Of a stretch of DNA of 64,000 bases, positions 27,091 through 35,959 are shown one piece after another. The DNA is from Acidimicrobiia bacterium (GTDB taxonomy: Bacteria; Actinomycetota; Acidimicrobiia; Acidimicrobiales; Bin134), in contig JAJDYE010000023.1 in assembly GCA_022822905.1 (NCBI GenBank), forward strand, positions 30,521 through 94,520. The letters run 5' to 3'. The first letter of the stretch is position 1; each line of letters begins with the position of its first letter. The notes beneath the pieces are model-generated. The model ran no database searches and was not told the origin of the DNA. It saw only the letters and a list, made by a program, of their open reading frames with translations. A program made the position numbers and the translations under genes.

Positions 27091-27885
27091 TTGACAGCCA
27101 TCGACCCCGGTCAGCCAGACACATGGCCCGCAGACATTCGAGTCCACGTTGAGCACCTCGTGCAGGGTTGTAGGGCAAATCCACAGAACTCACGAGACAC
27201 GTCATCATTCGAGCTTGAACTCGAAAACGTCGGTGCCTTCATGGCAGAGCGGGAGTTCCGCGACGTCCTAGGCGAAAGACACATAGTGCTCTATCACGCA
27301 ACCCGACTACTTCCCCATGAGGTGACAGCGGTTCGGCTGCAAGGACTGCAGGCGCTCACCGAAGAGGGTCGGCACCTGCGACTCAATGCTGTTGTCGAGC
27401 ACCATGGCAATGAGATTGGAACCGAGCGACTCGAGGCCCTAAAGGGATCGGGGCCTCTGTCCTGGGATGAACTTCAACGCAGTGCTCGACTTGGGGTGTT
27501 GTACGCAGTCACACCCCTAGGCGAAACGTTTGCAGATGCTGGCAGCACCATGACTGTTTTTCTCGAGAACTGGGGCGGCGAGAGCTTCTACTGGACAGCG
27601 AAAACCGAGGACGAGGTCGCCGAAACTATAAGTGAACTCACACGCAGGAGCCTCGCCACGATTGCGGAGTTCGCCATCCCTGCGTCCTGGCTGGATCGGT
27701 ACCAATACCTCTGGCAAATATTCGCAGGACAGCTTGGTGGTTGGGATAGCCCTTGCGGGGAGTTTCGAAATAGCCAGAACATTCCTCCCGAATACATCCT
27801 CGACCTAGTCCACGAAGCCTCACCAAGGTGGCCTAAGGAGATCGGTCCTTTAGTGTCCCCACAGGACTTCCGTTTGACCGTTTGA
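27091..27885 (+). CDS. Hypothetical protein (264 aa), no recognisable domain
   Basis: Coding-like ORF 21 nt after the endonuclease stop, same strand, similarly AT-enriched. TTG start is uncertain. Confidence 0.5.
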   Translation: MTAIDPGQPDTWPADIRVHVEHLVQGCRANPQNSRDTSSFELELENVGAFMAEREFRDVLGERHIVLYHATRLLPHEVTAVRLQGLQALTEEGRHLRLNAVVEHHGNEIGTERLEALKGSGPLSWDELQRSARLGVLYAVTPLGETFADAGSTMTVFLENWGGESFYWTAKTEDEVAETISELTRRSLATIAEFAIPASWLDRYQYLWQIFAGQLGGWDSPCGEFRNSQNIPPEYILDLVHEASPRWPKEIGPLVSPQDFRLTV

Positions 27886-27936
27886 CGACCGCTCGATCAC
27901 ACAGCGGAGCGTCTACATCTTCGTCAACGAATATCG

Positions 27937-28875
27937 CTAGGGCTCTAGGACGACTTTTATGGCGCCGGAGGCGCGGTTGGCGGCGGTGGCGAAGGCTTCG
28001 GCGGGGGCGTCTAGGGGGAAGCGGTGGGTGATGATGGCGTCGGGGAGCTCGGGCAGTTGGGCTAGGGCGGCGGCGGCCACGTCCATGTCGCGGGTGGGGC
28101 CGTGGCGGCCGTACATGGAGGAGGGCACCAGGGTGACCTCCTTCATGCTGATTTCTATGCCGGGCAGCTCCACTGGGTCCCAGTAGCTGCCCAGGATGAC
28201 GATCTTGCCGCCGGGGCGGCACTTCTTCACGGCATCAGCCAGGGCTGAGGAGGTGCCGGCGGCCTCCACCACGATGTCGTAGGGCTCATCGGTTAGCGGG
28301 ACGGCCCCCAGGCGCTCGGCAGCCTCCTTCTGGCCGTCGTGGCGGGCCGATATGGCGACCTCGCACCCGGCCAGGCCGGCCACGGCCAGCGCGGTCTGGC
28401 CCACGGCGCCGCCGCCGACCACGGCCACCCGCATGTCGCCGCGCAGTCCTGCCAGGCGGAAGCCGTGTACCGCGATGCCCAGGGGCTCCACCAGGCAGGC
28501 GTCCCGGGGGTCGGCCCCGGAGGGCAGGGGCACGATGGCCTCGGGCCACATGAGCACCTCGTCGGCCATTCCCCCGTCGCGGGAGATTCCGGCAATGTCA
28601 CCCAGGGTGGCCGGACAGCGGTTGTAGTCGCCGGCCAGGCATAGTTCGCAGGTGCCGCAGCCGTGAATGGGCTCGATGGCCACGGGACGGCCGTCTTCCA
28701 GCCAGCCGGCGAATTCGTGGCCGATGGTGAACGTGTTGAGCATTCCCAAGGGGAGCATGTGCAGATCGGACCCGCACACCCCCGCCGATGCCATCTTGAT
28801 GCGCACTCCCTCACCTTCGGGAGGGGCCACCTCCACCGTGGTGGGCTGGCCGTCGACGCATCGAACTGCTCTCAT
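27937..28875 (-). CDS. Zinc-dependent alcohol dehydrogenase (MDR family)
   Basis: GVCGSDLH, GHEFAG and the structural-Zn motif CGTCELCLAGDYNRC. Confidence 0.85.
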   Translation of the reverse strand: MRAVRCVDGQPTTVEVAPPEGEGVRIKMASAGVCGSDLHMLPLGMLNTFTIGHEFAGWLEDGRPVAIEPIHGCGTCELCLAGDYNRCPATLGDIAGISRDGGMADEVLMWPEAIVPLPSGADPRDACLVEPLGIAVHGFRLAGLRGDMRVAVVGGGAVGQTALAVAGLAGCEVAISARHDGQKEAAERLGAVPLTDEPYDIVVEAAGTSSALADAVKKCRPGGKIVILGSYWDPVELPGIEISMKEVTLVPSSMYGRHGPTRDMDVAAAALAQLPELPDAIITHRFPLDAPAEAFATAANRASGAIKVVLEP

Positions 28876-28912
28876 GACTTCATCCTTTCACTGGGCCAGC
28901 TTGCGACGGGCC

Positions 28913-31336
28913 TCATAGGCCCTTGGGACGAGTGCCGATAACGCCGTCGGCTTCCAGTTGGGCGATCTCATCGGCCGACAGGCCCAGCTCGGCCAGGATC
29001 TCGTGATTGTGCTGGCCCAGGGCGGGCGAAGGGGAGGTGATCCAGCGGTCGACCGAGGCGAACCGGTAGGGCATTCCCGGCATGGGGTGGGTCCCCACCG
29101 CCGGGTGCTCGACCATCTCGAACAGCCCCCGGTGGGCAAGCTGGGGGTTCTCATGCTGGATCCGAGGATCCCAGGCCGGGGCGGCGGGCACGCCGGCGGC
29201 CACCAGCTGGGGCACGACGTCGTCGAGGTCCTGCTCGGCGGCCCAGCCGTACAGCCCCTCATCGATGGCATCGTGGCCCGCCCGGCGACCGGCGTCGGTG
29301 ACATACTCCGGGCGGTCGGCCCACTTCGGCGACCCCAGCACCTCCACCAGCGCCTGCCACTGCTCGTCGGTGGCCACGGCCAGTGCCAGCCATTGCTCGT
29401 GGCCCCGGCAGGGGTACAGCCCCTGGGGTGCGGCGTAGGGACCCCGGTTGCCGGCCCGCTCCATCACATTGCCGTAGGCGGTGTACTCCACGATCTGCTC
29501 GGCCGAACAGTTGAGCGCGGCCTCCACCATGGTGGACTCCACGAACACCCCCCGGCCGGTGCGCTCCCGAACGGCCAGGCCCAAGATCGCGGCGTAGGCC
29601 CCGTGCATCCCGGCGATGGGGTCGCACGGGCCTCGCATTATGCGGGGCTGATCGTAGGGATGGCCCGTCACCCAGGCCATGCCGGTGAGCTGCTCCATGG
29701 TCTGGGCGAAGCCCACCCGCTCCCGCCACGGCCCGCTCAAACCGAACGCCGGCATCCGAGTGAACACCGCCTGGGGGTTGCGGGCCGAGACGGCCTCCCA
29801 GCTCAGGCCCCACTTCTCCACCACCCGGGGGGAGAAGTTCTCGATCACCACGTCGGCGCCCTCGATGAGCTGCCACAGCAGATCCATGCCCGCTTCGGTG
29901 TCCAAGTCGAGCGTCAGTCCCCGCTTGTTGTGGTTGATGGCCACGAACATCGAGCTCCACTCCCACCAGTCCTCGGTTCCGAACATGAACCCGGTCATCC
30001 GCATGCCGTCGGGATGGCCGGTGGACTCGATGTGGAGCACATCGGCTCCCAGCATGGCCAGCGTGCCAGTGGCCGACGGCCCGGCCCACCAACTGGTGAG
30101 GTCCAAAACCCTTACGCCAGCTAGCGGTAGATCAGGATCGGCGTCGGCAGCCGACGGCACCAGCCGCGGGCGGGCTTCGATCGTCCCGGTGTGCTCGCCC
30201 AGTTGAGGAGCGGGCGTGGCCGGCCGTCGCTCGCCGCCGTCGTCCATCAGGTAGGGCGGACGGGGCTGGAGGAACCCGCCGGGGTTGCGCACGAACACCC
30301 CCCGGGCGGCGAACTGCTCGTTGTCGAGCACGCTGCGCCCGTCGTTCACCTCGGCCACCGGCACACGCAGATCAGACGCCGCCTTGATGATCTCCGCCAC
30401 GGTGTGGCGAGAGGTCCACGGGTGGACCATGGCATTCCACTCGTCCAGGCGGCCGGCCCGCTCCCCGATCTGACTCCATTCGGTGTCGATCAGGTCGGGG
30501 CGCTCGATCATCAGCACGAAGCCTTGGTACTGGAGGGCGGTATTGGTGTTGAACCCCACCCAGCCGTCGAGGGCGGGCTCGATGGAGGGCGCCTCCACCG
30601 ACCGCGCCACCCGATCGAACTCGTGGCCGCCGCCCCGCATGGAATGGGCCAGATCGCTGAACGTGGTGGAGGCGATGCCCATCACGTCGGCCACCGCCAA
30701 GTCGATGTGCTCGCCGCGCCCGGTGCGCCGGGCCCTCAGCAGCGTGGAGAGGACCGCAGGGCCGGCGAAGGCACCGGCGGTCCACTCCGCAATGCCCCCT
30801 CCGGCGTGGATTGGGGGCTGGTCGGGCCGCCCCCGACAGGCGATGGCACCGCACTGGGCCTGCACGGTGTACTCGGTGGACGGGTGCGAGGCCAGCGGCC
30901 CGTCCTGTCCGTAGGGCGTGACCGACAGCACCACCAAATGTGGGTGCTGATCCGCCCAAGCCCGTCCGATACCCGAGCCGGCGGGGAATGACTCCACCAC
31001 GGCGTCGGCGGTGGCCACCATCTCCTCGATCTCGGGATCGCCCGGCTGTCCGACAACGCCCCGCTTGGAGGCGTTGAGCAGCTGGAACAGCGCGCTGTCG
31101 CCCTCGAACTCGGCCCGAGTGGCCGACCAGCGCCGCATCGGGTCGCCGTCGGGCCCCTCCACCTTGATCACATCTGCCCCAGCGTCAGCCAACAGCTTGG
31201 TGACATAGGGGCCGGGCACCCCGGTGGAGAAGTCCAACACCCGGATGCCGGCCAGTATCGAGGCCTGCATGTGGACGCCTTCGCCCACGCTGGCTCCGTC
31301 GGCCCGCGGAGCGTCCTGGTTGGCCTCTGCCGTCAT
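28913..31336 (-). CDS. Double-domain family III CoA-transferase (two CaiB/BaiF modules)
   Basis: Two N-terminal signatures: LAGIRVLDFSTGVPGPYVTKLLADAGADVIKVE and LAGVRVLDLTSWWAGPSATGTLAMLGADVLHIE. Start chosen at MTAEAN (31336); the ORF extends to 31420. Confidence 0.8.
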   Translation of the reverse strand: MTAEANQDAPRADGASVGEGVHMQASILAGIRVLDFSTGVPGPYVTKLLADAGADVIKVEGPDGDPMRRWSATRAEFEGDSALFQLLNASKRGVVGQPGDPEIEEMVATADAVVESFPAGSGIGRAWADQHPHLVVLSVTPYGQDGPLASHPSTEYTVQAQCGAIACRGRPDQPPIHAGGGIAEWTAGAFAGPAVLSTLLRARRTGRGEHIDLAVADVMGIASTTFSDLAHSMRGGGHEFDRVARSVEAPSIEPALDGWVGFNTNTALQYQGFVLMIERPDLIDTEWSQIGERAGRLDEWNAMVHPWTSRHTVAEIIKAASDLRVPVAEVNDGRSVLDNEQFAARGVFVRNPGGFLQPRPPYLMDDGGERRPATPAPQLGEHTGTIEARPRLVPSAADADPDLPLAGVRVLDLTSWWAGPSATGTLAMLGADVLHIESTGHPDGMRMTGFMFGTEDWWEWSSMFVAINHNKRGLTLDLDTEAGMDLLWQLIEGADVVIENFSPRVVEKWGLSWEAVSARNPQAVFTRMPAFGLSGPWRERVGFAQTMEQLTGMAWVTGHPYDQPRIMRGPCDPIAGMHGAYAAILGLAVRERTGRGVFVESTMVEAALNCSAEQIVEYTAYGNVMERAGNRGPYAAPQGLYPCRGHEQWLALAVATDEQWQALVEVLGSPKWADRPEYVTDAGRRAGHDAIDEGLYGWAAEQDLDDVVPQLVAAGVPAAPAWDPRIQHENPQLAHRGLFEMVEHPAVGTHPMPGMPYRFASVDRWITSPSPALGQHNHEILAELGLSADEIAQLEADGVIGTRPKGL

Positions 31337-31444
31337 TGCAGTCTCACTGTTTCCCAGTCTGTTCGCACCCCGGTATCTTGTCGCATTGGGAAGTCCCGTA
31401 CACTGGCCGACACTCGGCAAACGATCGCAGCAAAGGAAAGCACT

Positions 31445-32716
31445 GTGAAGCTCACCGAAGTCAACCTGCTGGACCCCGACCGATTTGTGCGCCTAGAGCA
31501 CCACGAGATGTTCAGGGTGCTGCGGGAGCAATTCCCAGTCTTCTTGCACCAGGATCCCAACGGTCCGGCGTTCTGGAACATCGTCAAACACGATGATCTG
31601 GTGGAGGTGAACCGCGACACCGAGCGCTTCTCCTCTGAGATCGGCGGCACCTCCATCCCCGACCCGGGCACCCGCGAGAACAGCGGACCCGACTCACGGG
31701 GGGTGATGATGCTCACCACCGATCCTCCCAAGCACACCCGCTACCGGCGGCTGGTGAACAAGGGCTTCACCCCTCGCATGATCGGCCTGATCGAGCAGTA
31801 CCTGCGGCACCGGGCCATCTTGATCGTCGACAACGTGATCGAGAAGGGCGAAGCCGACTTCGTGGTCGACCTCGCCTCGGAGCTACCGCTCCAGGCCATT
31901 GCCGAGATCATGGGCGTGCCCCAAGAAGACCGCATGATGCTGTTCGACTGGTCCAACCGCTTGATCGGCGTCGACGACCCCGAGTATGCCGACGGTGCCG
32001 AAGACGGCGTCGTGGCCGGCGCGGAGCTGTACGCCTACACCAACCAGATGGCCAAAGACCGGGCGAAAAACCCCCGCGACGACATTGTCACCAAGCTCAT
32101 CAACGCCGAGATCGACGGCGACCGGCTTACCGAGCTGGAGTTCGACATGTTCATGCTGCTGCTCACTGTGGCCGGCAACGAAACCACCCGCAACGCCACC
32201 GCCCAAGGGATGCTGGCGCTGATGGACCACCCCGAGCAGTTCGAAATCATGAAGGGCTCCTCCGACGGGGTGACCGACACCCATATCGACGAGCTCCTGC
32301 GGTGGTCAACCCCGGTGCTGCACTTCCGCCGAACCGCCACCGAGGACGCTGAGATCAGGGGCCAGCACATCGACGAGGGCGACAAGATCGTCATATGGCA
32401 CATCTCGGCCAACCGGGACGAAGAGGTGTTCGAAGACCCGTTTACCTTCGATGTGAACCGCACCCCCAACGAGCAGATCGCCTTTGGCGGCGGCGGGGCC
32501 CACTACTGCCTGGGCGCCAACCTGGCCAAAATGGAGCTGCGCCTCATCTTCCAGGAGATCATCGAGCGCATGCCCGACATGCACCGAGTGGGCGAGCCCG
32601 AGTGGCTCCGCTCCAACTTCATCGGCGGCATCAAGCATCTCCCCGTCGCCTGGACCCCCGGCAAAAGAGTCAACCCCGGCCCCGCCCCCGACCAAAACCT
32701 CTCAACCCTGGTCTAG
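31445..32716 (+). CDS. Cytochrome P450
   Basis: Heme loop FGGGGAHYCLGANLA, ExxR, and AGNETT in the I-helix. GTG start at 31445. Confidence 0.85.
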   Translation: MKLTEVNLLDPDRFVRLEHHEMFRVLREQFPVFLHQDPNGPAFWNIVKHDDLVEVNRDTERFSSEIGGTSIPDPGTRENSGPDSRGVMMLTTDPPKHTRYRRLVNKGFTPRMIGLIEQYLRHRAILIVDNVIEKGEADFVVDLASELPLQAIAEIMGVPQEDRMMLFDWSNRLIGVDDPEYADGAEDGVVAGAELYAYTNQMAKDRAKNPRDDIVTKLINAEIDGDRLTELEFDMFMLLLTVAGNETTRNATAQGMLALMDHPEQFEIMKGSSDGVTDTHIDELLRWSTPVLHFRRTATEDAEIRGQHIDEGDKIVIWHISANRDEEVFEDPFTFDVNRTPNEQIAFGGGGAHYCLGANLAKMELRLIFQEIIERMPDMHRVGEPEWLRSNFIGGIKHLPVAWTPGKRVNPGPAPDQNLSTLV

Positions 32717-32732
32717 CGAGACAAGCACCTTG

Positions 32733-33038
32733 ATGGCCAGCTTGCCCCCCGTCTACTGGGATCAACTCGCCACCAAAGGCGACCTCGCGGCCAGCGAACA
32801 GCGGCTCGGTAACGAGATGCGCTCCGGGTTCGCCAAGGTCTATGGCGAACTGAACAGCTTTCGCGCCGAGACCGCAGCCGAGTTCAAGAACATTCGCGCC
32901 GAGACCGCAGCGGAATTCAAGAGCGTGCGGAGCGAAATGGCCCTCCAATTCGCCAGGCAAACCCGCACCATGGTGTTCACCATGTTGGGGTTGGCCGTAC
33001 CGGTCTTGGGCGCCATCCTGGCCGTAGGCCTATCGTGA
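32733..33038 (+). CDS. Small coiled-coil protein with a C-terminal transmembrane anchor
   Basis: 101 aa. Internal repeat FRAETAAEFKNIRAETAAEFKSVR. C-terminal hydrophobic span MVFTMLGLAVPVLGAILAVGL. Confidence 0.55.
   Translation: MASLPPVYWDQLATKGDLAASEQRLGNEMRSGFAKVYGELNSFRAETAAEFKNIRAETAAEFKSVRSEMALQFARQTRTMVFTMLGLAVPVLGAILAVGLS
32862..32927 (+). repeat. Two tandem 33-nt units (28/33 identical) inside the small membrane-protein gene
   Basis: CGCGCCGAGACCGCAGCCGAGTTCAAGAACATT versus CGCGCCGAGACCGCAGCGGAATTCAAGAGCGTG. Confidence 0.9.
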
Positions 33039-33114
33039 ATCCTCAGTTGCCCTAAACCTGCACTACCGAGCCCTGACGGCCTCTAGGCAATTGTTCGTCG
33101 CTGCCGACTCTGTT

Positions 33115-33915
33115 TCATGCAGCTCCGGCGAGTGCGGCCTCCTGGATGAGGGGGCGCAGTCGTTTAGCGGCTTGGAGTTGGCCGGTTAGGACGTCGAGGG
33201 TGCCTTCGCGTTCCATGCGGGCGAATTCTGGGATTCCGGCCGCGGCTTTGCGGGCCACGCTGCGGTGACAGCCGGCGATGACCTCGACAACCATCTCGGG
33301 GAGCTGCTGTGCTTCTGAGGGAGCTAGGCGGTAGCCGCGCACGAGGGCGGTGATGCGGGCTGCTTGGTTGGGCTGGTCCGGCCACTGCTGGAGCCAGGGG
33401 TCGTTGTCCTCACACACGGGGGCGAACTGCCATAGGGCGTGGCCGAGATCCCACAGGGCCGGGGCAATCCAGATGCCGTCCCAATCGATGAACGCCACCG
33501 CCTGCGCGTTTCTGAAGACGGTGTTGCGGGGGGCGATGTCGCCGTGGCAGACGATGTCATCTCCAACTACAGCCTGGGGGCCCTCTTCAAAGCCAGCCTT
33601 AGGAGCAAAGCCCCTCACGCTGTCGTGATACGCGTGCAGCAGGCTTCCCACCGACTCCAGCGCCTCAGCTTCGAGCTTCCACCCCTCGGCCTCTTCTGGC
33701 ACCCAACCCTCGATCCACGTCAGCCTTACTGCGCCATCAGGCTGTGAACCCACCACCCGAGGAGCGCCCTCGAAGCCGTGCTCCTTCAGATGCGCGAGCA
33801 GTTGCTTCATTGACTCCGAATTGGGAGTGGCCGGGCGCACCACCTCGTCGCCGACCCTGACAAACTCGGTTACCCTCCCGGCGACTGCCTCTCCCTCACC
33901 GGGCTCACTCCCCAC
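33115..33915 (-). CDS. Aminoglycoside/choline-kinase-like phosphotransferase (APH family)
   Basis: Catalytic loop CHGDIAPRNTVF and IDWDG. Confidence 0.75.
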   Translation of the reverse strand: MGSEPGEGEAVAGRVTEFVRVGDEVVRPATPNSESMKQLLAHLKEHGFEGAPRVVGSQPDGAVRLTWIEGWVPEEAEGWKLEAEALESVGSLLHAYHDSVRGFAPKAGFEEGPQAVVGDDIVCHGDIAPRNTVFRNAQAVAFIDWDGIWIAPALWDLGHALWQFAPVCEDNDPWLQQWPDQPNQAARITALVRGYRLAPSEAQQLPEMVVEVIAGCHRSVARKAAAGIPEFARMEREGTLDVLTGQLQAAKRLRPLIQEAALAGAA

Positions 33916-34005
33916 ACCACAAGGCTAAATGGCCCTTCAATGGGTTGTTCGCAATTGCCACCCGGTCGGCCCGACTCCGCGATGCACTGGTAGCTTCGCC
34001 CGATC

Positions 34006-34032
34006 ACAAGGCAAGATTGCAAGTTGCCTTGT
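34006..34032. promoter_or_regulatory. Candidate operator: inverted repeat ACAAGGCAA-N9-TTGCCTTGT
   Basis: Perfect 9-bp arms ending 12 nt upstream of the AbrB-type antitoxin ATG. Confidence 0.5.
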
Positions 34033-34043
34033 AGGCTGTTCGC

Positions 34044-34286
34044 ATGTCAAACACGGGAACGTTGAAGGTGTCGTCTCGGGGGCAGATGAGCCTTCCGGCG
34101 ACGGCTCGCCACCACTGGGGTCTCGACGAAGGGGGCGAGGTCGGGTATCTGCATCTGGGCGGCGCACTCCTGCTGATACCGGGCAACGTCGAAAAGCTGC
34201 GGGCTGAGCTGCTTGCCGCCATCACCGACGAGATCTGGGAGCAGGCCGCAGCCGGCTTCGGCGACCCCGACCTGGCCAGCGAGTGA
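34044..34286 (+). CDS. AbrB/MazE/SpoVT-family antitoxin
   Basis: LKVSSRGQMSLPATARHHWGLDEGGEV swapped-hairpin motif. GTGA overlap with the next ORF. Confidence 0.8.
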   Translation: MSNTGTLKVSSRGQMSLPATARHHWGLDEGGEVGYLHLGGALLLIPGNVEKLRAELLAAITDEIWEQAAAGFGDPDLASE

Positions 34287-34702
34287 CCCAGCTCGTCGAC
34301 GACAGGGTGCTCGCCGGCCTGCTGCAAGGGGAAGCTCCGCCGGAGCCCGGCCAGCCGGTCTACACCACCGGCTGCTGGTACGTGCGACTCTGCCAGGCAG
34401 CTCTGAGCTCAACGGTCAGCGGGACGTTGTCTGGCTCGTTCGCCGAATTACCCCCCAAGCTCGTCCCCCGGGCACTGCATTCGCTGCTCGAACTTCCCGA
34501 AGAGGTCGGATTGGTAAGCCTGCGAACCCTGGCCCCGCTGATCGGCCGGTTGCGCAACCGCCACCGTCAACTCAACCTGCTGTCGGTTGAAGCGCTGGCT
34601 GCCGCACTGCACCTGAACTCCCAGGTGTACCTGCTCACCCCCTCCCCTCCCCTCCAGCACGCCCTCGCCGTCGAAGGCCGCCAAGCTGTCATCTTGGCTT
34701 GA
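34283..34702 (+). CDS. Putative toxin partner, degenerate PIN-like domain
   Basis: Translationally coupled to the antitoxin. LVDDRVLAGLL at the N-terminus and NLLSVEALAAALHL resemble PIN strand/helix elements, but the canonical third and fourth acidic residues are not evident. Confidence 0.45.
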   Translation: MTQLVDDRVLAGLLQGEAPPEPGQPVYTTGCWYVRLCQAALSSTVSGTLSGSFAELPPKLVPRALHSLLELPEEVGLVSLRTLAPLIGRLRNRHRQLNLLSVEALAAALHLNSQVYLLTPSPPLQHALAVEGRQAVILA

Positions 34703-34734
34703 CACGCATCGGGACAGCCTTGGGGCGGTATCGG

Positions 34735-34998
34735 TTAGTTCGGGCGGTAGACGTGTCGGCGGTGCTGGACTCGGTGGATCACTACTGCCATCTCGTCCTC
34801 CAGGATCTCGTAGACGATGCGGTAGTCGCCACGGCAGGCGGATCGCAGGCCCTCAAGTTCGTCCATCAGCGGTTTGCCGACCCTCTGGGGATTCTCAGCC
34901 ATCGGGCCGAAGATGGTGGCAAGGGCTGCATCTCGAATCTTGTTGGGCAAGCGGTCGAGATGCCGCAGGCCCGAGGGCGTGATCTTGACCTCGTACAC
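34735..34998 (-). CDS. RelE/ParE-family toxin
   Basis: LRHLDRLPNKIRD...GKPL...LEGLRSACRGDYRIVYEILEDEMAVVIHRVQHRRHVY. Confidence 0.85.
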   Translation of the reverse strand: MYEVKITPSGLRHLDRLPNKIRDAALATIFGPMAENPQRVGKPLMDELEGLRSACRGDYRIVYEILEDEMAVVIHRVQHRRHVYRPN

Positions 34999-35007
34999 GG
35001 GGCCGCT

Positions 35008-35262
35008 TCAGACGTGATCGCGCAATCGCAGAAGTTTCCCCTCAGCGGCTTCTTGAAGCGACTCGCGGAGTGAATCGACCAGTTCGGAATCGCTCAAGAT
35101 ATCCAGAGTCTCCTCTATGGACTCGAGTTCGTCGGGACTCATAAGGACAAAAGAGGGCCGGCCGTTGCGGGTTACCAAGATGCGGTCGCGCTGAGTTTCC
35201 ACCCGGTCGGCCAACTCAGAAAGATGGGCCTTGACCTCTGAGAACGGGATCGTATCTGCCAT
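35008..35262 (-). CDS. Phd/YefM-family antitoxin
   Basis: IPFSEVKAHLSELADRVETQRDRILVTRNGRPSFVLMSPDELESIEETLDILSD. Confidence 0.85.
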   Translation of the reverse strand: MADTIPFSEVKAHLSELADRVETQRDRILVTRNGRPSFVLMSPDELESIEETLDILSDSELVDSLRESLQEAAEGKLLRLRDHV

Positions 35263-35272
35263 CGGTGCGAGT

Positions 35273-35294
35273 ATAGGTCAATATTTTGACCTAT
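35273..35294. promoter_or_regulatory. Candidate operator: inverted repeat ATAGGTCAA-TATT-TTGACCTAT
   Basis: Perfect 9-bp arms, 11 nt upstream of the phd start on the minus strand. Confidence 0.55.
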
Positions 35295-35336
35295 CAAAGC
35301 CACTTGCCCGCGGAGTCGGGGCATTCACGTCGATTC

Positions 35337-35723
35337 CTACGGCCCTAGCACGTCGACGCCGTGCTGTGCGGCGGATGCCGCGAGGCGGTGGTCGAAGGTG
35401 GCGATGGCGCGGGCGTTTAGTTCTAGGGCGGTGTCGAGGACGATTGCGTCGGGGAGCCTCAGTCCGGTCTCTGCCCGCAGCATCGCCCATCGAAGCAGTG
35501 CGCCGTCGTCCACATCGGTCACCACGAACGCAGCCCGGAGTCCCTCAGATGCGCTCTCGACGACCCCGAGGTGGGCCGGCGCCACAAGGCATTCGGCCAT
35601 GGTCACCGGGTGCAAGAGCGCCTCTTCGTCGGCGACCTCGCCATTGATCGCAACCGCCCTGGAATGATGCTCATCGCTTGGATCGCGCAAAGCCACAACC
35701 CAGCTGGCGTCGGCCACAATCAT
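35337..35723 (-). CDS. vapC: PIN-domain toxin VapC
   Basis: MIVADASWVVAL...E...LRLPDAIVLDTA...ATFD. ATGA overlap with the upstream antitoxin. Confidence 0.8.
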   Translation of the reverse strand: MIVADASWVVALRDPSDEHHSRAVAINGEVADEEALLHPVTMAECLVAPAHLGVVESASEGLRAAFVVTDVDDGALLRWAMLRAETGLRLPDAIVLDTALELNARAIATFDHRLAASAAQHGVDVLGP

Positions 35724-35959
35724 GCGGGCCAGTCTTGGGACCGGTCATAGAGCACCGAAGAGCCGGGCAAAGAGCCCTCCAGCACCGCCCTGGCCTGAGA
35801 CCTAGATGTGGGCGACCGGCCGCTGGCCACCCAGTCCAACATGATGAGCCGTATGAGCTTCGCCCGCGGGACATCGGACCACTTCCGAGACGCCTCATCG
35901 AGGATCTCGGAAATCTCATCGGTTTCGGTCACCGAGTGGCGAGGGCGGGTTGTCGGCAC
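35720..35959 (-). CDS. vapB: VapB-type antitoxin
   Basis: 79 aa. Overlaps the vapC start by 4 nt. The N-terminal HSVTETDEISEILDEAS is typical of RHH-like antitoxins. Confidence 0.65.
   Translation of the reverse strand: MPTTRPRHSVTETDEISEILDEASRKWSDVPRAKLIRLIMLDWVASGRSPTSRSQARAVLEGSLPGSSVLYDRSQDWPA

Noticed and set aside
27091-27885. A possible ADP-ribosyltransferase-like pattern (LYHAT ... LYAVT ... FLENW) in the orphan protein.
   Set aside because: The spacing between the putative H, Y and E elements does not match H-Y-E clade ARTs (about 69 and 21 residues here, versus about 33 and 80). This is resemblance of short strings only.
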